From contig NC_090379.1 of NCBI RefSeq assembly GCF_036365525.1, positions 19,254,792 to 19,318,791 on the forward strand: DNA of 64,000 nucleotides, given 5' to 3'. The number at the start of each line of letters is the position of its first letter. Position 1 is the stretch's first letter. The notes under the pieces were generated by a model. The model made no database searches and was not told the origin of the DNA. It was given only the letters and a program-made list of their open reading frames with translations. Position numbers and translations under genes: made by a program. This document shows, piece after piece, positions 1 through 11,855 of the stretch. The stretch comes from Heterodontus francisci. Its lineage: Eukaryota.

Positions 1-390
1 AAAACAAAGTCCAGGATTTTCCAGACAGGGATGGAAGGGTAGGAGGGGAATGGTTTGGGTGAGGGGAAAGTTAATGGTTGAGTCACCTTGTCTCTTTAGT
101 GGGTAGCTCAGGAATGACATTTGTAGGAACCTGGGTGTTTCAATCTATTGGTTTGGGAGCAGTGCATGCTGCAAGAAGAATATAAAACAAAGAGGAGAAT
201 ATAAAATGTAACAAAATTAAATAGAAAGATAATACTAAAGAACTTAATGATTCCTTTATGGGCTTTAAACAAGGATTACTGACTTGGAAAAGCTACTGAG
301 CCTTACAGTGCAAAGGAGTTGAAATAACACACGTACCATTGAAACCAGTTGATCACTGAAGATTTTCAAAAAATGTTAAATCATGGGAAC

Positions 391-580
391 AAAATGAGAA
401 AATGCTGGGAATACACAGCAGGTCTGTCAGCATCAGAAAGGGCTGAAACAGGTTGAATTTTAGGGTTAGGTCATTATACCAGAGTGGTTGGACAAAGGGT
501 CTTGATCCTAAACATTAATCTGTCTTCTCTTTTCAGATGCTGACAGCCTAATTGTGTATTTCTGGCATCTTCTGGTTTTG
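391..580. repeat. Old degenerate inverted pair of PLE pseudo-LTR ends
   Basis: gaaaatgctgggaatacacagcaggtctgtcagcatc has an inverted counterpart gatgctgacagcct...gtgtatttctggcatcttc. Similar to the younger copy at 11856-12509. Confidence 0.55.
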
Positions 581-995
581 ATACCTAGGATATTGGCTGT
601 AGCTCTATTGATGATGCCTCACACTGTTGGGCTCAACTGACTTGCCCAAAGAAGTTTCCTTGTTGATACTATTGGCCATTAAAGAAAAATATTCATACAA
701 TCAAGGAATGTTGCAGCACAGAAGCTGACCCATTCAATCTGTGCCTGTGATTTTTTTCCCCCATATAAACTACCTAGTCTAATCCCACTCTCCTGTTTAT
801 AATCTTCCTTTACAAGCAACTTTCTAATGCCCTTTTAAAAAGAAGTAATGCACTCTGTTGTAAAAATAGCAGAGAATTCTACATTCAATAAAGTCAACAG
901 AAAGAGACACAAGAGTTATTACTTTATCACAGTATGTTATAACTGATTGTTAAAAACCAACTAAGGGCAAGCTTTAAGCTTAAATGAGTTGTTCG

Positions 996-2432
996 TGTTA
1001 CGATCAGGTGAGGAGGGGTCACAAGGCTCCCCTCTTGTCCTTCCTCTTATTTGAATGCAACAGGGTTTATTCCTTTTTTAAAACAGTGGATGTGTTTATC
1101 ACTTCAGTGAGTGCTTTACCTTTTACCTTTGTTGTGATCGGAAAAGAACCAATCGGACAAGTTTTCTTGAGTTTAAACAAGAAAGATTAGATTTTAGATT
1201 AGAGATACAGCACTGAAACAGGCCCTTCGGCCCACCGAGTCTGTGCCGAACATCAACCACCCATTTATACTAATCCTATATTCCTACCAAACATCCCCAC
1301 CTGTCCCTATATTTCCCTACCACCTACCTATACTAGTGACAATTTATAATGGCCAATTTACCTGTCAACCTGCAAGTCTTTTGGCTTGTGGGAGGAAACC
1401 GGAGCACCCGGAGAAAACCCACGCAGACACAGGGAGAACTTGCAAACTCCACACAGGCAGTACCCGGAATCGAACCCGGGTCCCTGGAGCTGTGAGGCTG
1501 CAGTGCTAACCACTGCGCCACTGTGCCGCCCTGAGTTTATTATACTTAACACTCTAAACCCGATGTAAAAAAAAAAAATATGCTACACATACACTCACAC
1601 GAGCATCACAAACACAAATAGATTACCGAGTCATAAGGGGTAAATTTGTGGTTGGATTAGAGTCCAGAACAAATAAAAATTAATGCACAGTCTGCAGGGT
1701 TGGATGATTCCATTGTCTTCCAACTGAAGTTGTGCTCTTGAAGTCCTTGGCTGGTAAATGTGCAGTTTGTGGCTGTCCCACCTGCCACCTGGTTCAGGCT
1801 TTTCTTGTAGGCACAATTGTAGGTGGCTTTCTTCCCTTGGTGTCTTTGTCTTGGATCCAGCAACTAGGCTTCGCACGCCCTTTCGCGAGGTCTTCTGGAG
1901 AGAAAGAGAGAGAGAGGGACACACAGCCCTTCTGGCTTTTGCCCCAAATTAGTCACTGGCTTGTCTGCCTTGTCCAAGGGAAAATTTCCAGCTTTCACAG
2001 AGATGGACAGATGGTCACATGACTGCCTCAGTGTATTCCCTGGAACCTTCTAATGATATTCAAGTTTAGGAATTTCGGTGTCTCAGGCCTCAGGATGTTA
2101 ATGTTTATACTTGGAAGGGTTGGTTCTTTCAAGGTTAATAGGCCACAATGGCTTTGAATATCCTGCTAATGAACACAATTTGCTGTGGTTCACTCAACCA
2201 AGAAAGCCATTGTCTTGGGTACAGGCTGATCAGACATGTGTCTCCTCTCAAAGGCCTTGGAATGTGTAAGGTGTTCAAATGCAATTTGCAGTGGCCATCT
2301 GGGCTGCCAGCTTTTTAAAAAAAAATGTTAGCTGTAGAATTTCAGCTCTTTCTGTTTCATTAAAAGTTTAATGTAGGTTTCCACTCGATGCATTAAAAAA
2401 AACTTCCTTTGGAATAGCACATTTTCTCGACA
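996..2432 (-). mobile_element. Putative solo-LTR-like element interrupted by a V-SINE
   Basis: TGT...ACA termini (tgttacg at 996, tcgaca at 2432) and a minus-strand AATAAA near 1537-1542. No clear TSD. Confidence 0.35.
1184..1531 (-). mobile_element. HE1-type V-SINE
   Basis: tRNA-like head GGGCGGCACAGTGGCGCAGTGGTTAGC...GGTTCGATTCC, V-domain GTGTGGAGTTTGCAAGTTCTCCCTGTGTCTGCGTGGG, and CR1-type tail GGGCCGAAGGGCCTGTTTCAGTGCTGTATCTCTA. Confidence 0.9.
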
Positions 2433-2460
2433 ATGTGACTATAATTTTTTTTCTTTTTAG

Positions 2461-2531
2461 ATGCGTCTGGAGAGGGAAGCAGAGCAGAGACTAATTCAGC
2501 TGACTGAGCAGGCTCACACTGAAGCTATTAT
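2461..2531 (+). CDS. BBOF1: BBOF1 (basal body orientation factor 1, CCDC176) internal coding exon; earlier exons lie outside the window
   Basis: Acceptor ttttttctttttag, donor gtaagt. Translates MRLEREAEQRLIQLTEQAHTEAI, resembling human RLEQEAEKKIIMLAERAHHEAI. Its phase-2 end matches the next exon. Confidence 0.9.
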
Positions 2532-2832
2532 GTAAGTTTTTGGCCACAATACTCCCAGATCTTAAATTTTCTGTATAAATGCATAGATGAAGTTTCATTT
2601 AGTAAGCAATAAATAGTTGTAGAATTTTGCTAAGCAATGAGTAAGTGTAATCTGTTAGATGTGATAAAAAGGCTTAATCAGGCCATGACATCATTCTAGT
2701 CACGTATGCATTTTAAGGCACCATCTTGGATTCTGGAAACACAAGAGAGTTCTGAAACTAACGAGAAAACAAAAGCAGCACTGAACCCACTGATAAGGGG
2801 CTTTCGCCATTCTTATTCCTGGTACAAGGAAA

Positions 2833-3160
2833 AACTTGCAGTTTTATAGCGCCTTTAGGAGTTTCAAAGCACTTTACAGCTAATTAAGCACTTTTGAAGT
2901 GCAGTCATTATTGCAATGTGGAAATTGCAGCAGCCAAAATTGCAGCAGCCACACAGCAAGATCCCACAAACATCAGTGAGGTAGTGAGCAGATAATCTGT
3001 TTTAAGGCATTGGTTGAGATATAAGTATTGGCCAGGATACCAGAGAGAACTCCCCTGTTCTTCTCCAAATAGTGTGCCATGGGATCTTTTACATCCATCT
3101 GCGAGAGCAGACAGGGCCTTGGTTTAACATCTCATCTGAATGACGGCACCTCTGACAGCA
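2833..3160 (-). mobile_element. Deu-domain SINE (SacSINE1-like), 5' truncated
   Basis: Minus strand reads TGCTGTCAGAGGTGCCGTCATTCAGATGAGATGTTAAACC...GATGTAAAAGATCCCATGGCAC and ends AAAGGCGCTATAAAACTGCAAGTT (L2-like tail). Confidence 0.7.
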
Positions 3161-3859
3161 CTTCTGTAAATGTTCCAAATAGTTTCTTGGTAACCTTGAG
3201 AGAGCATCAGCCTTTGCATGTTAGCTGATGTAAGATATTCAATTCTGTGCTGACAGAATTAAAGCCTGCGTTATATTCTCAAGGCAGGAAAGCTAGGGAC
3301 AATTTACTTTGGGTCCCAACATTTGGTTTGTGATCAACTTATTCACTCCAAATATGATGACAAGAACCAAGGTAGTGGAGAGTCAAGACAAAGTCACCAA
3401 TAATAATTTAAGACCACCAGGAAAGATCTCAATTCAAGATTCATTTTTATGTTTGGATGCCTTTTAATTTGTAGGTTATTCCTTCCCGAAGTACTGACAA
3501 ATCTATAATTCTTTAAAGAAATCTACATTAAAAAAATGTCTGTTCTATGTAACAGACCTCTAACATCTTTTCACTTAAACATGTATTTTAATACGGTGCA
3601 TTCTCAGCACCCATCAAATCATCCAAACTCGTGCATAAATTAGCTTCACACAAATTCCATAATGCTCTAATCCAATAGGTACTTCACCTAAATTTTTAGT
3701 GTTCCTCTTGTGAACTACCAGTCTGGTCCGTGACGGCTTAACCAATTGCCAGAGACTCTCTACAAGAGCCAACTGAATTGATAGAGGCCTTAATTCATGT
3801 TAATAACTAAACATTGCTTCCATCCAGCTCTAGCTGTAGATAAAGATTTAACAACGCTT

Positions 3860-4208
3860 GGGGCAGCACAGTGGCGCAGTGGTTAGCACCACGGCCTCAC
3901 AGCTCCAACAACCTGGGTTCGGTTCTGGGTACTGCCTGTGCGGAGTTTGCAAGTTCTTCCTGTGACCCTGTGGGTTTCCGCTGGGGGCTCCGGTTTCCTC
4001 CCACAGCCAAAGACTTGCAAGTTGATAGGTAAATTGGCCATTGTAAATTGCCCCTAGTGTAGGTAGGCGGTAGGAGAATTGCGAGAAGGTGGGGATGCGT
4101 TAGGGAATATGGGATTAATGTAGGATTAGTATAAATGGGTGGTTGATGGTTGGCACAGACTCAGTGGGCCGAAGGGCCTGTTTCAGTGCTGTATCTCTCT
4201 ATGACTCT
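3860..4208 (+). mobile_element. HE1-type V-SINE
   Basis: Same head, V-domain and tail as the copy at 1184. Flanked by aacgct at 3853-3858 and 4209-4214 (TSD). Confidence 0.9.
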
Positions 4209-4506
4209 AACGCTATTGTTGAAAAGGAGTCCATAATTTTTTTAAAAGATTGTTGATAAAAAGGAATATGATAGGGTATGGGCAACGAGCAGAAGAATGG
4301 AATTCGACTAAGGGGGTCATGTGTAGAAAGTCACTGATACAGACTTGATGGGCCTGTTGCCAATGACCAGCAGTTTTAAAGGCATTGAGATACTGATAAG
4401 CATGAAATATTTTGTTTACTGTGATAATGCAGTCATAGCAAACCAAGACCTTGTAAGTATGGATTAATTCTGTAGTTATTCAAAGCCGGCTCCCTTTATC
4501 CCACAG

Positions 4507-4651
4507 GAATCTTAATGAAAGAACAAGTTGTGTCTTTAAAGAAAATATAAGACTAAATGAGATGGTGAAGATCCATAAGAGAGTAGAAGAAGATTTGCAG
4601 AAGAGTCACAAGGCTCTAGAAGAGAAAAGCACACAGCTTGCCAGTGAAAAG
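4507..4651 (+). CDS. BBOF1: BBOF1 internal coding exon
   Basis: Acceptor ccctttatcccacag, donor gtgttg. 145 nt, translating NLNERTSCVFKENIRLNEMVKIHKRVEEDLQKSHKALEEKSTQLASEK (VFKEN motif). In phase with both neighbours. Confidence 0.9.
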
Positions 4652-5082
4652 GTGTTGCATACATTGATGACTAAGTGAAGTTTCTTCTTTTTGTAAAACT
4701 CAATTCTGCAAAACAGAACAATGGGAACCTTGCAATTGAGAAAGGGTCATAGCTGCAAGATTGGAAATCTAGACTGAAACCAGATGATTGAGTTTGATCA
4801 TGCAATGCTTCTCTGTATTATCTTTTTAATTTCAGTCTCAGCCAAAATATACATTCTGGAAGTAGGAATAGGATTTTTCATAGGCCTTCATCTCAAAGGG
4901 AAGCTAATTTGGGGAGAGGGTAGCTCCCACTGTATGGCTTCCTGGTGGTTTGATCCAGGAATGGTATTTTTAAAGATCAATTATTATTGTTGAATTCTCA
5001 TGTTTATTAATATGACAAATATCAGTGCTAGGGAGTGCAACAATTTTCCATGTTGGTATCTCAATGTCCATGTCAATCATTA

Positions 5083-6100
5083 GGAGCTAAATTTTCCCAG
5101 TCCATATACAGGCGGCACAGTGGTTAGCACTGCAGCCTCACAGCTCCAGCGACCCGGGTTCGGTTCTGTGTACTGCCTGTGCGAGGTTTGCAAGTTCTCC
5201 CTGTGACCGTGTGGGTTTCCACTGGGTGCTCCGGTTTCCCCCCCCAGCCAAAGACTTGCAGGTTGATAGGTAAATTGGCCATTGTAAATTGCCTCTAGTA
5301 TAGGTAGGTGGTAGGAGAATTGAAGGTGGGGATGTGGTAGGGAATGTGGGATTAATGTAGGATTAGTATAAATGGGTGGTTGATGGTCAGCACAGACTCG
5401 GTGGGCCGAAAGGATTGTTTCAGTGCTGCATCTCTCTATGACTCTATTGGTGGGAGGTGGGAGGGCAGGCAATTTGGGAGGGGAGTCTGATGTCTTCCAG
5501 AGGCAGGCACCTCAGCGGCTTGGCCACCTGCTGGGTGGCCAATTGAGCCACTTAAGAGCCCAATTAAGGGCCACTTTGTGTCCCCACAGGCATTTTGTCC
5601 ATGTCAGGTGTGCCTGCTGCCACTGGTGAGACCACCAAGGTAAACCCTGGCCTTTCAGTGGGTTCCTGAGAGGGGCCTCCTTGATGGGTACTACTCGGCC
5701 CACGGAAGGGACCCCCAGCCCAGCACTGGCACTGCCGGTTCACCATGATCAGTCCCCCACTGATCGGTGGGGCATGACTGCCTGGCCCACTTTCCCCACA
5801 AAAACCTACCTGCTGTTTGAGAGTGCCTTGCCATTAAGATGCCCTCTCTCTTGTGTTGCAGCCTCAGCAGTGGCCACCACTAGCAGTGGCGCTGCTGAGC
5901 TGCTGGCCCTGTGATTGGGCCGGCAGCTCTAGGGGGTGGGCTGCTGTTCTCAATTGGACTGCAGCCCCGGCAGCGGCCAGTTAACAGGTCGCTGCTGGCA
6001 AAATGCCACCCCGGGGCTCCACTCCCCACTGGACTGGGGTCGGCTCATGCTTTCGACCCTGGCAGCGGGACTTCAGCCTCCACCAAAACATTTAGCTCTC
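5083..6100. mobile_element. GC-rich MITE (Harbinger-like TIRs) containing a V-SINE
   Basis: Starts ggagctaaatttt after tta and ends aacatttagctc. GC-rich body in AT-rich flanks. Confidence 0.5.
5110..5447 (+). mobile_element. HE1-type V-SINE
   Basis: Head, V-domain and tail present. Ends tctctctatgactctat. Confidence 0.9.
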
Positions 6101-9100
6101 TGAGTGTGGTTACCTGATCATCCTTAGCACAAATGAAAAAGCCCTGTTTTGGAACTAAGCCATACAGACCAAAAGGCCTCCATTTTTAGTGGGGCAAGGT
6201 AGAGGTAGTGCAATTACTTTCAGCACCTCTAAGCTAGACAGGGGAGAAAGTCAGCAAGGATTTCTGCTCCGATCTACATCACTAACCATTGTCATTTAGG
6301 ACAAGATTATGCCAATTGGCATGGGGTCAAGCAGATTAGGGAAATAAATGTGTGGCTGAAAGAGTGGTTTGGAAGGAAGGGGTTTCGATTCATGGAGCAC
6401 TGGCACAGTATTCGGGAAAGAAGGAGCTCTTCCTTTGGGATAGGGTGCACATAAACCAGGCTGGGATTATCATCCTGGTGAATTGTATAACCAGGGCTGT
6501 GGATAGGACTTTAAGCTAAAAGGGGGATGGTGGAGGGGGTTCAGGTGAGGGAAGATTTGGAAATCTAAGGAGAAAAGTCGAGGCAATAGAACGATATAAT
6601 GATTTGGGTAAAGACAAGCAGAGTGGGACAAGTAAGGACAGAGAGATTAACGGTAATAGTGCATCAACAAATAAGGTCCATGCAAAGAATAGTAGTTTAA
6701 AAAAAAAAAGAATTAAAGGCTCTTTCTCTGATTGTGCAAAGCATTTGTAATATGATAGATGAACTAGTGGCACAAATAGAGATAAATGGTTTGGATCTAA
6801 TTGCCATTACAGAGACATGGTTACAAGATGACCAAGGTTGGGAAATAAATATTCCATGGTACACGACATTTTGAAAAGACAGGCAGAATGGAAAAGGAGG
6901 AGGAATAGCCCTGATAGTAAAGGATGACATAAGGACATTAGTGAGAAAGGATCTTGGCTCAGAAGATCAGGAAACAGAATCAGTGAGGATGGAGATTAGG
7001 AATAGCAAGGGTCAGAAAACTCTGGTGGAAATAATTTGTAGGCTCCCTAACAATAGTTATACTGTTGGAGAGAGCATTAAGCAAGAAATAATTGGATCTT
7101 GTAGCAAAGGCAATATAATAATTGTTGTGGACTTTAATCTTCATATAGATTGGACCAATTAAATTGGCAAAGGTGGTCTGGAAGATGAGTTTGTAGAATG
7201 CTTTCATGACTGTTTCCTGGAACAATACATTGTGGAACCAACTAGAGATAAAGCTATTTTAGATCTAATATTGTGCAATGAGGCAGGGTTAATTAGTAAT
7301 CTCATAGATCTGCTGAGGAAAAAGTGATCATAATTCCATATTAAGTTTGAAAGCAACATACTCCAGTCCCAAACAAGAATCTCAAACTTAAACAAAGCCA
7401 ATTACCATAGGTATGAGGGGAGAGCTGGCTAAGGTTGATTGGGTAAATAGACTAAAAGGTATGGTGGTAAATAATGTGGGAAACCTTTAAAGAAACAGTT
7501 CAAAATGTTCAACCAAAAATACATTCATTAAAAACAAAAGCGCAGCAAGAAAATCCATCCATGGCTTACTAGGGAAGTTAAGGATAGTATTAGATTAAAA
7601 GAAGAGGTTTATAATGTTGCGAAGAATAGTAGTAAGCCTGAGGATTGGAAGCGTTTTCAAAACCAGCAAAAGGTGACCAAAAGTTGATAGAAAGGAAAAA
7701 ATAGAATGAGAGTAAATTAGCCAGGAATATAAAAACAGATTGTAAGAGCTTTTAGAAGGATATGAAAGGAGAGTAGCTAAAGTAAACATTGGTCTCTTAG
7801 AGGTAGACAGGAGAAATTATCTTGGGGAATGAGGAAATGGCAGAGACATTGAACAAATATTTTGTGTCTGTCTTCACAGGAGAAGACACAAATTACATAC
7901 CAAAAATAAAAGGTAACCAAGGGGCTAATAAGAGTGAGGAACTTAAGGTAATTAACATTAGAAGAGAAAAGGTTTTGGAGAAACTTAAGGGGCTAAAATC
8001 CGACAAATTCCCAGGACCCGATGGCCTGGATCCTAGGGTTCTAAAAGAGGTAGCTGCAGAGAAAGTGGTTGCGCTGGTTATGATTTTACAAAATTCCCTA
8101 GATTCTGGAATGGTCCCAGCGAATTTGTATTTAGCAAGTACAATAATGCTATTCAGGAAAGGAGGGAGAGAGAAAGCAGGGAACTACAGACCAGTTAGCC
8201 TTATATCAGTCATCAGGAAAATGCTGGAATCTATTGTTAAGGAAGTCTTAATGCACTTAAAAAAAATCATAGCATGATCAGACAAAGTCAACACGGTTTT
8301 ACGAAAGGGAAATAGTGTTTGACAAATTTTAGTTTTTTTTGAGGATGTACCTAAAGATAAAGGGGAACCAGTAGATGTAGTATACTTGGATTTCCAAAAG
8401 ACATTCGTTAAGGTGCCACACAAATGGTTAATATGCAAGATAAGGACTTATGGAGTTGGGGGTTATATAGTAACATGGATAGAGGATTAGTTAATGGACA
8501 GGAAGTGAAGAGTAGGGATAAATGGGGCATTTTCAAGTTGGTACGCTGTGACTAGTGGAGTGTTGCAAGGATTGGTGCTGGGGCCTCAGATATTTACAAT
8601 CTATATTAATGACCTAGACAAAGAGACTGAGGGTAATGTATCTAAGTTTGTTGATGATATAAAGCTAGGTGAGAATGTAAGCTGTGAGGAATGCACAAAG
8701 AGGCTACAAAGAGATATTGACAGGTTGAGTGAGTGGGCAACAAAGTGGCAGATGGAGTATAATGTGGGGAAGTGTGAGGTTATTCATTCATGTTGGTAGT
8801 GAGAATAGAAAAGCAGAATTTTTTATGAAAGGTGTGAAACTTGTTAATGTTGATATTCAAAGGGACTTGGGTTTACTTGTCCAAGGAACACAGAAAGTTA
8901 GCATGTAGGTACAGCAAGTAATTAGGAAGATGAATGGCATATTGGCCTTTATTGCAAGAGGACTGGAGTACAAAAATAAATAAGTCTTGCTACAACTGTA
9001 CAGGGCTTGAGTGAGACCACATCTGGAGTACTGTGCACCGTTTTGGTTTCCCATATCTAAGGAAGAATATAATTGCCTTGGAGGCAGTACAACAAAGGTT

Positions 9101-9113
9101 CACTAGATTGGTT

Positions 9114-11197
9114 CATAAGAGCATAAGAAATAGGAGCAGGAGTAGGCCATTCAGCCCTTCGAGCCCACTCTGCCATTCATTGAAATCATGGCTGATCTTC
9201 TACTTCAACACCATTTTCCTGCACTATGGCATCCCATGATTTTATTATGTAGAAATCTATCGATCTCAATCTTGAACATAATGACTGAGCCTCCACAGCC
9301 TTCTAACCCAGAGAATTCCAAAGATTCACCACCCTCTGAGTGAAGAAATTCCTCCTCATCTCAGTCTTAAATGGCCTACCCCTTATTTTGAGACTGTGTC
9401 CCTTGGTTCTAGTCTCCCCAGCCAGGGGAAACATCCTTCCTGCATCAAACCTGTCAAGCCCTGTAAGAATTTTGTGTGTTTGAATGAGATCACCTAATTC
9501 TTCTAAACTCCAGAGAATAAAGGCCCAGTCTTTTAAATCTTTCCTCATAAGACAATCCCTTCATCCCAGGAATTAGTTTGGTGAACCTTCATTGCATTCC
9601 CTCTATGGCAAGTATATCTTTCCTTAGGTAAGGAAACCAAAACGGCACACGACACCTGAGGTACAGTCTCACCAAAGCTCTATATAATTGCAGTAAGTCA
9701 TCTTTACTCCTATACTCAAATCTTCTTGGAATAAAGGCCAGCATACCATTTGCCTTTTTAATTGCTTTCTGTACCTACATGTTATCAAGATCGGCGCAGG
9801 CTTGGAGGGCCGAATGGCCTGTTCCTGTGCTGTTCTTTGTTCTTTGTTAGCTTTCAGTGACTCATGAACAAGGACACCCAAGTCCCTTTGAAGTTCAACA
9901 CTACTCAGCCTCTCACCATTTAAGAAATAATCTGTATTTCTGTTTTTCCTACCATTTAACCTCATTTCTCGACATTGTATTCCATCTGCCAAATTTTTGC
10001 CCACTCGCTTAGCATCTCCAAATTCCCTTGAAGGGTCTTTGCACCCTCCTCACAACTCACATTTCCACCTAATTTTGTGTCATCTGTAAACTTGAAAATA
10101 TTACATTTAACCCCCACAACCAAATCATTGATATATTGTGAATAGCTGGGGCTCAAGCATTGATCCTTGTGGTACCCCACTAGTCACAGCCTGCCAGCCT
10201 GAAAATGACCCATTTATTCCCACTTTCTGTTTTCTGTCTGTTAACCAGTTCTCAATCCATGCCAGTATATTCCCCCAATCCCATGTGCTCTAATTTTGTA
10301 TACTAACCTCTTGTGTGGGACCTTATCAAAAGCTTTCTGAAAATTTAAATATACCACATCCACCTTATCTGTTCTGCTAGTTACATCCCCAAAAATCTCC
10401 ACCAGGTTTGTGAAACATGATTTCCGTTTCATAAATCCATGTTGACTCTGCCCAGTTCTATCCTTATATGCCCTTTTATCATATCCTTAATTATAGATTC
10501 TAGCATTTTCCCTATGATTGATGTTAGACTAACAGGTCTGTAGTTCCCTGTTTTCTTTCTCCCTCCTTTCTTAAATAGTGGGGTTACATTTTCCACCTTC
10601 CAATCTGCAGGAACCATTCCAGAGTCTATAGAATTTTGAAAGATGACCACCAATGCATCTACTATCTTTACAGCCACTTTTTTCAACACTCTGGGATGTA
10701 GATCATCAGGTCCAGGCTACTTTAAGCCCCATTAATTTCTCTAGTGCTTTTTTTTTAACTAGTATTAATATCTTGCTGTTCCTTGTTTACACTCGTCCCT
10801 TGATTCTCCATTATTTCTGAGAAGTTTCTAGTATTTTCCTCTCTGAAGACAGACACAAAGTATTTGTTTAGTTTGTCTGCCATTTCCTTTATCCGACTGT
10901 AAATTCTCCTGACTTTGCTTGTAATGGACCCACATTTGTTTCTGCTAATCTTTTCCTTTTTACATACCTATAGAAGCTTTTACAGTCTGTTTTTATGTTT
11001 CTTGCTAGTTTACTCTCATATTCTATCTTCCCTTTCTTAATCTTTTTCTTGGTCCTCTTTTGCAGCATTCTAAAATGCTCCCAATCGTCAGGCTTATAAT
11101 TTTTTGGCAACTTTACACGTTTCTTCCATTGATCTAATACAATCCTTGATTTCTTTTGTTAGCCACAGTTGGAACACTTTCCATGCTGGGGTTTGAT
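9114..11197 (-). mobile_element. 5'-truncated CR1 LINE nested in a CR1
   Basis: Minus-strand RT fragments ([29 protein letters not shown]) and tail cataagagcataagaaatagg at 9114. Confidence 0.9.
9785..9844 (+). mobile_element. 60-bp CR1/SINE 3' tail insertion
   Basis: ggagggccgaatggcctgttcctgtgctgttctttgttctt, flanked by TSD tgtta at 9780-9784 and 9845-9849. Confidence 0.75.
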
Positions 11198-11855
11198 GCA
11201 TGGGATGAGGGTTGTCCTATGAAGAGAGGCTGAGTAAATTGGGCCTATACTCTCTGGAGTTTAAAAGAATGAGAGGTGATCTCATTGAAACATACAAGAT
11301 TCTGAAGGGGCTGGACAGGGTAGACACTGAGAGGTTGTTTCCCCTGCCTGGGGAATCTAGAACACAGGGGCACAATATCAGGATAAGGGGCTGATCATTT
11401 AGGACTGAGATGAGGAGACATTTCTTCACTCAAAGGGTTGTGAATCTTTGGAATTCTCTACCTTAGAGGGTTGTGGATGCTCCATCATTGAGTATATTTA
11501 AGGCTGAGATAAACAGATTTTTGGTCATTTGGGAAATCAAGGAATATAGGGAGTGGGCGGGAAAATGGAGTTGAGGCAGAAGATCAGCTTTGATTGTATT
11601 GAAGGTTTAAGGGGCTCTTTGGACTACTCCTGCACCTATTTCTTATGTTCTTTTGTTCTGATGACCTCCTTACTCTCCAGCGAATTTGTCTGTGGACCTG
11701 TTTGTTTGTGCTGCCATATTCTGACATTGTCAACATCTTCAGGAGAGTAGGTGTGAAGACTGATTGGAACAAAAAAGTTGTGAACCATAGTGGGACTATA
11801 ATTTTAGCAGTACATAGTGACCTAATATGACAGTGTCAGGCAGCACCAGTGAATG

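Larger units (their letters stand above)
6312..11657 (+). mobile_element. CR1 LINE (end of ORF1, APE, RT, 3' UTR), decayed and split by an antisense CR1 at 9114-11197
   Basis: Motifs DLIAITETW, DFNLHIDW, PGPDGLDPRVLKE, NYRPVSL, YLDFQK, GVLQGLVLGP and FVDDIKL. Resumes at about 11200 (GLYSLEFKRMRGDLIETYKI) and ends ttcttatgttctt. Confidence 0.9.

Noticed and set aside
1465-1531. tRNA genes at SINE heads (also 3860, 5110, 45918, 52487, 55000, 28494)
   Set aside because: The A/B boxes run straight into SINE body and LINE tail, with no complete cloverleaf.
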